From: Klebsormidium nitens | Taxonomy: Eukaryota > Plantae > Klebsormidiophyceae | Direction: 5' to 3' | Assembly: GCA_000708835.1 (NCBI GenBank) | Contig: DF237121.1 | Coordinates: 62,001-126,000 of the forward strand | DNA length: 64,000 nucleotides | Part shown: positions 47,101-56,928 of the stretch, piece by piece | How positions within the stretch are numbered: the first letter of the stretch is position 1 | Layout of the letters: each line of letters opens with the position of its first letter | The notes under the pieces: model-generated | Seen by the model: only the letters and a program-made list of their open reading frames with translations | Database searches by the model: none | What the model was told of the DNA's origin: nothing | Position numbers and translations under genes: made by a program

Positions 47101-50100
47101 TGACTAAACCCTAACCAAGTAACAAACCTCTAACAGTTTCGTTTTCCGGTGCAGGAGAGGGCGACTTTTTCAAGCCTCACACCGACACGCCCGTCAGCCC
47201 CCGCCTGTTCATCGGCACCGTCGTGGTGTGCCTGCCGTCCGCGTTCTCCGGCGGGGAGCTCCTCGTATCCCACGGCGACACGTGTCAAACGTTCGACTTC
47301 GCCGCCAAGTCCGGCGAACCCGGGCTGTACCAGTTCGCCGCGTTTTACGGCGACTGCCTGCACGAGATCCGGCCCGTGACGCAGGGCCGCAGAGTGACGC
47401 TGACGTATCACGTCTTGCGCAAGGAGGCGCGAGAGGGCCAGGAAGACGGCGATGACGTCATCTACCCGAGCGAAGACGGCAAGGTACGTATGGTGGCAAA
47501 GAACGGCGGACCGACTGCTGTTTACGGCTCGCTTCATACGACTCGGTTTGAATGGGGATAATCAGCTCGGCAGCACAGAATCAATGGGGTTGGTTTCGGG
47601 ATTGAGGTTGGGGAGGGGTGCGGAGCAGGTAGATCGTTGGGTTAGGATTTGGGTGTTTATTGGGGCTTAAATTGTCATTTAGTTTTTGAGTCCGTCGAGT
47701 CGTCCCTTCCATCGGCTTGTCCCGGTGCTTCGGGACCAAATCGAGTGCCCAATGATCAGATCACCTCACGACCTATCCTTCCTGGCAATTTAACTTGCGA
47801 AACCTCGAAAACCCTCTCTTTTCGGTTCCTGCTACGGGCCTTTTGAAGTGTGTTACTACATCTCAGAGGCATACTAGGTAGCTACCAATCCTCCAACAGA
47901 ACGATATGAAGAAAACGAGGATCGAAACGCATGCCTTGGAGAATATATCTCGGCTTCGACGGGTAACAGATCGGCAACTTACAAACGCCGAACTGGGCTT
48001 GGTTAACGGCCGTTGTCTCTGGCACGCAGGTGTCGGAGTTTCCGCTGCCAAGCGGCGACGCCGTGCCGGAAAAGCTGACGGCGGAGCTGACGTCGGAGCT
48101 GCGCGCGCTTTCGGAGCTGGGGTACCCCCACGTGGGCTTCCTTCTGCAGCACGAGTACACCATGAGCGGTCTCGGCCCGGAGGTGAGGCGAAAAAAACTT
48201 CGATCTAGATAGTGATAAGGTTAGGAATAGTAAGCTAACCAGACTGGGACGGGAGGTGTTAGTATGGGGGTTAGTGTGGGTACTGTTGTCCTGCATATTG
48301 TAATCCAAGGCGACCTTCAGACCTGGCCAATCACCTCTTGAAAAGGTAACCCGTGAAACGGGATGTGTGAGAACGGACACCGAGATTGTCGAAGCGTCCG
48401 TCGCCGAGTAGAGGTGGGATGATTGTTCGGCGCCCATGTCCTGCTCTACCCCGTGCCCAAACCGGCCTGCCTTAATACGAAAACAAAGAGACAGTGGGGG
48501 AGGCAAGATAAAGCCGACCGCCTTCTGCAAATCTTTCCAAAAACATTTCAATCAGTGCCCATCTTCGTCAGCAGGGCTTTCCACGAGGCAACAAAATAAG
48601 GGACCTCCAAATAAGAAAGCCGAAAGGCGTGGCTATCGAACGGCTTAGCAAGTTGGAGATTGTCGCACAGCTCTGCGCGTGAAACTTGCCACCATCACCT
48701 CCATCGGAACCTTCTTTACACGACCTTGAAACGTCCGATTAGCAGAAGCTGGCCGATCGGACGGCCTAAGTGTGATCGACGATTCTCGCAGCTTAGAGGG
48801 TGCAAGTTGTCGATGAAAAAAACGGTGCTTCTTCGGCTGGCCTTGCTAGCGTGCCTTTCTTTCCAGGGCCTAAAAGGCAGCAATGATCTGTTTGCCTCTT
48901 TTCAAGGAAAGCCAGAAGGGCAGCGAGGTTGAACCGCTCACCGAGTCCGCTCTTCTCATCCTAAGAAGCCGCAAAATCTAGCGTCCTGGAAAACTTGGCC
49001 TTGAGTGCCAGCCGGTTCCTCAAGTCTGACTGTTCGGAAGAGCAGCTAGAGTTCAAAAATAATTATCATTTTCTTCTTACGTTGACCTAGCGTGCCTCTT
49101 TTTCCAGGGCCTGAAGAGCAGCGACAAGTTCCTGTTCGACCTCCTCTCCCGGGCGTGGCCGTGCCGCTTCCTGCCGGTTCTTTAAATGACCTTGCTAGGT
49201 TGCTTTGTTTTCCAGGGCATGAAGGGCAGCGACAAGTTTCTGTTCGACCTCTTGTGCCGGACGTGGCCGTGCCGTTTCCTGCCGGTTCTCGTGGTCGACG
49301 AGGCGCGCGAGGATGTTGGAGACGACGCCGACATTGAGTACAGCAGCTTCTCCCGCAACGTGTATGCCTTCACCAAGCAAGACTTCAATTATTACACGGT
49401 AATCACACAGGAAAACTCGACATCTAACCCCGCTAAGTACCAACTTGAGCTATTGTATAAAGAATTAAGCAATGACCTTGTTTCAAGGCTGGTACCCGCC
49501 CAAGTCTGGCTTCACCAAGCAAGACTTCAACTATTACACGGTGAGTGGGTGAGCACACAGGAAGTAGTCTTGGCTGCTAAGCAGGCTTTATCACCAGCTT
49601 TGATTCTAGGATATCAAACAAATAACCGGGCTTTAACCTTGTTCCAAGGCTCGTTCCCGCCCAAATCTGGTTACTGGACATACACGCACTATCTAACCAT
49701 CCCCTGACCACCCGTGGTTATCGGCCAGAAACTCCTGTGCAACACGATTCGCGGCCGCCTCGCGCAACGAATCTAGCTGCTGTAACTGCATCGCGTTGGT
49801 GTGCATGATCTTGTCTGGCCCACTCTAGAACGCAGCTTTCGAATCAAGAGCGACCTTGCTATGCAGATTGGTTGCAGATGGCCTTTATCAGAAAAGGGTA
49901 TGGTTAACGGGCGGAACCGCGGTTTGATGCCAAGGTCGGAGCAAATCATCTACATCTGTTCAAGGATGAACCCAAAACCCCTCTCTGCCAGAGTGGGTTG
50001 CAGGGTGCCCTCGACGCGAAGCCTGATCACGCCCTCAAAAGCGCGGTGCCTTTCATGTGGTACGGACCGGAGTTACCGGGCCGCGTGCTGCACCAGCACC

Positions 50101-50201
50101 ACAGCGCGGGCGGGCGCCAGGGGAACCACGCGGAGCCGAGCGAAGACCAGACCGTCTACATGCAATCCGCAATGCTTGTCGACCTCAGCCGCAAAGTCTA
50201 G
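44141..50201 (+). CDS. 2-oxoglutarate/Fe(II)-dependent dioxygenase (prolyl-4-hydroxylase-like fold), ~521 aa, 7 exons
   Basis: Exons 44141-44509 (probable GC donor), 45307-45546, 46158-46251, 47155-47483, 48030-48182, 49216-49398, 50004-50201 (TAG); total 1566 nt, phase-consistent. Motifs CSPAPFG..LDPDVRRA, YKLNIYGEGDFFKPHTDTP (HxD), GTVVVCLPSAFSGGELLVSH, FAAFYGDCLHEIRPVTQGRRVTLTY (distal His and 2OG-binding Arg). Confidence 0.85.
44513..44592 (+). repeat. Short tandem TCTCAA/AGGTCTCAAG-type repeat at the start of intron 1 of the dioxygenase
   Basis: aggtctcaagtttcgaggtcgcaagtcttcagatctcaagtc...aggtctcaaatctcaagtctcaaatctc. Confidence 0.7.
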
Positions 50202-50435
50202 TTTTCATGAGCTCGTTGCTCGCGCGGCTAAGAGCAGAACTTTGCAAAAGTCGTAGCAATCCGTGCGATCGGACATAAGTACGTTCCGTTGGTGCCTTCG
50301 CTAAACTACTAGATTGGCAGTAGCAGTTAGAAAAGGACAAGTTCCGAGCGGAGACCTGACGGTCTACCTGCAATCCGCAATGCTTGTCCACCTCGGCCGC
50401 AAGCTTTAGTTTTCAGGAGCTCGTTGCTCACGCGG
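46017..50435 (+). repeat. Tandem exon-junction duplications flanking exons of the dioxygenase gene
   Basis: Echoes starting 46017 and 46083 (exon 46158); 46871 and 47020 (exon 47155); 48867 and 49108 (exon 49216); 3' echo 49510-49540; stop-codon/3'UTR echo 50344-50435 (offset 208 bp). Confidence 0.9.
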
Positions 50436-51560
50436 GTTAACCTAGACGATCGGCGGTTAGTTTCAGAGTGGGTTAGCGTAGGAATGGAGGTTTACGGCAC
50501 CTACCCAATGGGACTGGTTCAGGGTCTCGTAACATATACCTGCCCTGGGCTTCTAGTATCGATAAATAGTTTTCCGCTACTTCCGGGGGAAGGATTCCAG
50601 AGGTACCGGAAATTCAAACACTATTTCACCAAAAGTTTTTAGTACATCATATCTCTACTCCAGGCTTGCGGCCTGAGATCCTAAAAGAACCGCCTCTCCT
50701 CATACCCTGCTTGATCAAAGGAGCCCACAAAAGAAAGCCCGTTAACGAGTACGATCGTTTGTCTATCTGTCCAGAAAAAGCAGCGTGCATCAAAGTACGG
50801 TAAATGATCGTGGATGGAGTATTAGTACATAAATGACGCAAGCTTGGCCGTTTGTCAGGTTCTCGCAGGTGCTCCCTTTTTTACTGTAGAGTCTTTACCG
50901 GTGGATATTCTTGACCCATTTGAAGGCTTAAGGAAAAAGGAAGAGATTGCGATTTCCTAGTACGCTCGTGATCGGCCAACTCTTTCATTCCAGGGCCGCT
51001 TTTATGGTTGAAGATTTAACCCCTTCGTTATGGCGTCCACAAGCAGTCTGCAGTCTGCAGACTCGCTTGCGAGACTTGTGTGCCCAGCAAACTTAATTAA
51101 CGCAAGCACTCTGGCTCGCGATTGTGCGAGTCGACAAAGTCGAGGTAGGTTCGACATGTCACTCAGAAAGTCACTCAAGTTTCGTAAGCCTGGTTACCGT
51201 ACGACAGCTCGATATGCTGCTTGATTGCTATACCCGAAGAACAAGATTGTACGACCGTTTACGACTGTACGAACGCGTGCGCAGGCTGCCAGACGGTACG
51301 AGGTTGTGCGCGCCTACTGGAAAGAGTGCCGTGGTTGCATGCGAGAAAGAAACAGAACGGCTAAGCCAACTTTCCGTTGGTCTTCGATCACTCTAAATGA
51401 CGGTTGCGGTTAGTCTGTGCGCCAAGACTTCGACACAGCGCCTCCGCCATGATTGGTCCGGCCTCAAAGAATTTCTGTCCGTTCGAGCCGGTGTGTCGGC
51501 CATTCGGGTTTCCTTTCTTCTAGTGTACCTGTCAATGGTCGGGATCGCTTACGGTTTGGC

Positions 51561-51620
51561 GGAATGAACCTGGTCGGAATAAACCTGGTCGGAATAAACC
51601 TGGTCGGAACAAACCTGGTC
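51561..51620. repeat. 15-bp tandem repeat x4
   Basis: ggaatgaacctggtc / ggaataaacctggtc / ggaataaacctggtc / ggaacaaacctggtc, with no spacers. Confidence 0.9.
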
Positions 51621-51674
51621 CAGGCGTATTTTGCTCCGCTTTTCTTATCCCCGATCGCGCGCGTTTAGCGACTG

Positions 51675-51712
51675 AGATTTCCAGGATAGTCTAAGATTTC
51701 CAGGATAGTCTA
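51675..51712. repeat. 19-bp perfect tandem duplication
   Basis: agatttccaggatagtcta x2. Confidence 0.85.
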
Positions 51713-54700
51713 TTTTCATACTGGTCATCTTTTGAAACCCGTTGTCTTCTTGCAGGGCTTCTCAGTGCACGGCGAAGTTCACCGGTTGAACTCTTTGAGG
51801 GTTCTGTATCATGCTTGTTTCTCTCTTCTTCCTTCGTTGTTGAGAGCAGCTCGTGTGAAGCAAACCGGTTCCCACAAGCGCGCTTCGTAGGGCAATGCCT
51901 TGCGTCCGTCCAATCCGCGGTTACTATGTAGGTACTGTCAATCTTCGAAGTCCTGATTTATGATGAGTCTCGACGACTGGGCCGCAAATCCGCTGAGCCA
52001 TGTAGTTGCACCTAGTACGTGTCTGACAGTCCGACGGTCTGCGTTGCTCAAGCGCTTTGGGGCATGGCGACACTGGTCAGTCAGGACTCGGAGAAGCACG
52101 CGCCTTGAAGAGCCTAATATGCGGGTAACATCTGACGTATGACGTGGTGCGACTTTAGATGCATATGTGGTGCAGCTCTCCGAGGTCCCACCTCGGAAAG
52201 TTTCTCGAACTTGACAGAGTCTGCAGCGTTGCAGCATCGGTCAATAATTCTGCATCAGTCTTTTACTTCGAAACTTCAACAAGCTCCTCTCGGGGCAGCG
52301 TTGTGATTCGGCGCAATGAAATCGGTGCATGAATCCGTTGAAAAGAAACGCGAGGACTCTGGTCAAATCACACCATCATTGCTAAGGGATGTAGCTACTA
52401 GAGGCAAGGAGTGTTCTAGGACAAGTATTTTTAAGGATACTTACTCATCACCTGTTCATGTGCAGTCATATGTAAGGAGACCTTTGGAAGTTACGTGAGT
52501 CGACCGGCAGTCTGCCTATCTGTACATGGTACTTTGTTTGATACAACGTAACTTGCAACTTTTTCGGGTAAGATCGAATTGCAGATCCCCAAACAGCCGT
52601 TCTCTGAAGCAACTTGTAGAGGCCGGGTCCTGACGACTGCCCTGCGCATGCGTCTCTCTACAGCCGTATCACGTCCAGTCAAAGAGCTGCCAGGTAGCAG
52701 GCAGTCAAGAGCCTTACGGCAGCTTCCGATAGACATCACCGAAGAAATATGGCAATGGCAATTTCTCGGTGATAAGCCCCCCCGCGCAACTTTGACAACC
52801 GGCCCGGCCGACCGTGACTCTTCGAAGAAACGAACGGTCACTGCGAGCCGACCGGTAATCGTCACCGACTCCTGAGGCGGCCGCCGCCCCGTCATACTCG
52901 CCGGAGCCGCCGGGGCCGGCGCGTCAGCCTGACGGTCGGCGGGCGGCGGGCCGCTCGCGCCCCGTCCGGATCGGACCATCGGACCGTCATGCCATGATTA
53001 TATGCTGTAGCCTGTACGTGGGCTTTTCAGGCCGCGCGCGCTGCCAGCACAGTGCATCGAGGCGCTCTGGGTTGCATCTGTGAGCATCAGTTGCGCAGGT
53101 CGCGTCATGAGCCATGCAGTATGCTTGCCGGCTTGTTCTTAACCTGTAACGGCTTGATGAAACATCGAAGTGCGGAAGAAACTATGGCTAGTACCTAGCT
53201 ACCCGCGCATGCTGCTGCAACAGTCAGCTACTTTGCGGCACTTATAATGATGATGGATCAGCGGTACATACTGGAGATACGGTAGTGCATGAAGCTGACT
53301 CGATTCGGAGTCCTGCCGCACAATAGAAAACTCCGACCCAAGCCCGTCTCGCCACCCTACGTCACTGGAGCCATGGCGAGCGGGGACCGCCAGTCCGCGA
53401 CCGGGCGGCCCGGCCCCTCGGCTGCCGCCATCTTTTCAACATAAGTAATTTAGGGCCGTTTCGTCCGTGAGTCTATCCGATCGCAAATGTCAGTGACCCA
53501 AATTTCAGGTCCAACCAATTGGGGCCTGTGGGCTATCAGTCGTGATGCAAGCCGGCTCATGCAGGTTCATGATTATATGGTCACTCGGAGTGACAGGGCG
53601 GCTTCGCAATGATGTAATGACTTCATAGCTACTCTGTGGCGGAGTATGGTCGTTGTGCGCGTTGGCGGCCGCCCAGACTTTGCCTGCACAGGTGTCGGAT
53701 GCAATGCTGAACGTCATTCAGAACGGCCATGCGAAGGCTTTCGGATGAATTCTGTCCCCGTACGCAGTACGAGACGGTCGCAACAAATCCGGGGTGACTT
53801 TGAGTTTAGTTTCCTCCTCGATCCGGCAATTTGCAAGCTCGTGCACAAGTATATGGCTATCCGCATGCAGAAACCGACTGCATTGAGCTCAAAACTAGCC
53901 CACGGTCCGATGCAACTGACGTACTCATGCACCCCGTTAGTGACGCGGCTTAAGCAATCCGGACCGGGACCGAACACATACTTCCTTTCTACGACCAGCT
54001 GGCAGGACTGACTCAACCGTCGACCATGATTGGCGGCGCACGTCAAGAATCGTTTGCGTCGGCCCCCATTAATCTCTTAGTATGATTGCATTGGGTTTCA
54101 CACTTGTAAGATTTGAACGTTATAATAAAACACTGCGCCCTAGATGAATTTGGTAGGAAGTCTTTGCAGCGAGGAAGTCTTGGTCACTATCGTACAAATC
54201 TTCGAGTCCACTCAACGCGTCTACAAGTCCCGACGTCCGCTGTTCGGTTAAAGCTACAAGATATGTCTTTCTGAATGTCATTATGTCTTTTAGATTAGAA
54301 CCGAAGTTAGTACTTTACATCCGGAGAACTGGGCTGCTTCTTTGTTTGACCGCGCGCCTCCAAGCATTCTCCTTACACACACGCCGTTCTTCAAACTTGC
54401 ATTATTGACGTAGTTTGGATAGCCGCCCTGATTAGCTACTAAGCTGATCCCTTTTAACAGCCTCAAAGCCTCGCCCTGTGCAGCACATATGACTAATTAA
54501 ACTAGTTCCTCACTACGCAAAAGCTTACACTCTACATTAGCAAAGCGACTCGACGATCTCAAACCAACCCATCGTTTCAGACTCCCCTTTAACACCATTC
54601 CGACAGCTCGATATGCTGCTTCCTGCCCCGAGCTGAGACTCGTATCTCTCTGAAGCTACCTTTAGACAGCTAGCTAAACGCTTTCTTGAGAAACCAGTGC

Positions 54701-54887
54701 GATCTCCAATCAGCCCATAGCCCAACATCGATCAATCGCTTTTACTTCCGTGCGCGCGCGTCGAACGATCGCTTGTGCTCCTGCGGGGCCTTCCCTTCAT
54801 TCGCCCACCTAGTTACTGGAAGGTGGGCCAGCCACGAATCGCTTCAGTGCACCCATTAGCCCGCCAGAGACGTCACGCACCCGGGGC

Positions 54888-56928
54888 TCAATCACCGTAG
54901 CACTTTTCTGAGTGCCGGTCCCAGGCCTGCTCCCACCCGGAAACCTCGTCAACGGGGCTGCAGAACGGCCCGAGCCAGCCATTGTTGGGCAAACCGTTTG
55001 GAAAGCGCTTCCCCTCTGAATGAATAGTGCTGCCCGGAAGTTTGAACCGGGGGGCGGATCCGCTCTTCGCCCGCTTTTTCCGAGGCTCGGCGCGCGTGGA
55101 ACCCGGGCGCTTCTGAGGTCTTGGGGGGTGGGGTCGGCTGAAGATGGGGGGATACTTTGGTGGGCGGTCGGGGTTTGTCACCGGGCACGCAGATGACTTC
55201 ACGGGGATCCCTTGAGAAGCGACCCAGGCGTCTTGCCTGTATGTGTACTCTGTGGATAGGGACCCGTTGACGCTGACTCTTCGCTCGTCGTTGGTCCGTC
55301 CGCCGTTTATTGGGTTATGAGTAGGGTTAAGAGGGGTTGGTAAGGAAACCGGTTGGGGAGGAAAGTGGGACATGATAGGGTGGTCGAGAGGGAGGGACGG
55401 GGTTAGTACCGGGTTAGAGACGCCGCCCGATTCTTGGAGCGACGTCAGCATCGGGAGGAGCGTGTGTAGGGTGGTCGGGGGAAGATCTTCAATCGGGTGC
55501 GCATCAACCGGGGTTTGAGCTAGGGTGCGGCCGAAATCGAACGGCGGAGGAACGTGGTAGTGATAGTGATTAACGAAGATCGGACGGTTCGAATCACTAA
55601 GTCCATGGCTCTTACCGGGGACCGACAAAGTTGCGCTGGGGGGGCTCTCTGGCTGCTGAAAGTCGGCCCCCTCAATGGACCATGACGCACCGGAGCCAGC
55701 CGAGCTCTCATCGCTAGAGGAGTGGTGCCCCGGGGGATCCCCCCAGGCGCTCTCAAGCAGGCGCTCAGAGCGAGGAACGTGTGTCGGAAGAAAGCGCCGG
55801 CGACAAGGGAGGGGCTTCGGCGAAGCCGGAGCTGCCACGTGGCTCAACTAGAGCGGGGGCGTAGTCCGAGAAAGGCCAAGTATTGAGTACCATTACGCCC
55901 TACCCAGTCTGCTGAAATCTGTGCCCTGCAGAAGATCGGCGGACCCAGGGTTAATCACCAACGAAAGGTAAATGTATAAGCAGGTAGATTCTTAGGTATA
56001 AGCACCTTGATAAGAGGGTGGTCGTGCTAAGAAACGGGTGCGATCAGGGAGGTTTCTGCTTGTTGGGCTGAGTCAAATGCAAGCGCGAATGAACATTTTT
56101 CTTACTGAAAATGAGTGGGAAACAGAGCCAAGGACGTCGAGAAGGCGAGCGAATCGGAGCCAGGTTGGAACCGACGTCTCTTACAGAAGCCCGACTTACT
56201 TCCCGCAAAGAAAGGTATAAATGTTGCTTGCACAAAATGATGCCTCATCATGCAAAGATTCTGACCGTAAGAAGTAAAAAAGAAGGGGACACGAGTGGCA
56301 AACGCCAGAACGTGCGAACCGCCACCTGAATTTGGAAAAAACAAACCGGCCGACCGAAATCGAGCAGAAACTGGTCGAAAAGTTTTCAGTCCTTAGAATC
56401 TCGTCCACGTTAGAAAGGGAGCCCCAATTCTTGAAAAAAGCTTTCACCCTCATTTGGAGTTTAACCGGACGCATCCTTCTATTAATGTATCTCTGAGCTT
56501 CTTGAAGCCTTGCTTGCTTCTGGTGGGTCATTTTATAACAGTTCGTCTCTAATCAAGTTCGACCAAGGGTGCAAAACAAAGAGATCCTCAACCGAGAGAA
56601 CGTCAAGCAGTACTGCAATTTTCGAAAGAACCTAAGATGCTCAGAAACAGAACAAAAGAGTGGGAAACCCAAACACGTGACTGCAATACAGTTCCCGCAC
56701 AGGAACTTTGAGAAACTCTTTCAGAAGAGTTGAGGAACTGGGCCTGGGCATGGCAAAGTGAAGCAAAGCTCACTCTGAGGGAGCCGGTGTTACTTGTGGC
56801 TGAAGATTCGCTCCACTTGCTGATAATCGTAGTCAGTCCATGCTGCAGTCTTGGAAGCGGCTCGAAACGGAGTCGCGAGTTGGCGCTTGAATGCCAGACG
56901 CATCATATCGGTGGTCCAGAAATACAGC
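54888..56928 (-). CDS. Hypothetical protein; Pro/Ser-rich terminal exon with basic NLS-like stretch; 5' part unresolved
   Basis: 319-codon open frame 55847-54888 starting immediately after a pyrimidine-rich TAG acceptor (ccgctctag|TTG), ending in TGA. Candidate upstream phase-2 exons 56928-56794 (LYFWTTDMMRLAFKRQ...) and 56325-56200 (WRFARSGVCH...) with canonical AG/GT; joining to the terminal exon needs a further micro-exon. No family recognised. Confidence 0.45.

Noticed and set aside
51561-51620. 15-bp repeat array as a CRISPR
   Set aside because: Repeats are too short, contiguous with no spacers, there are no cas genes, and the context is eukaryotic.
51938-52979. Minus-strand ORFs (162 aa and 99 aa) that might form a small gene
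   Set aside because: No recognisable motif and no unique phase-consistent exon chain; cannot be supported without RNA data.
56326-56531. Minus-strand ORF segment QARLQEAQRYINRRMRPVKLQMRVKAFFKNW..VDE resembling a cyclic-nucleotide-gated/K+ channel C-linker
   Set aside because: AT-rich codons unlike host exons, no transmembrane or CNBD exons nearby, and it falls in a predicted intron of the orphan gene; likely coincidence. An HMM search would settle it.
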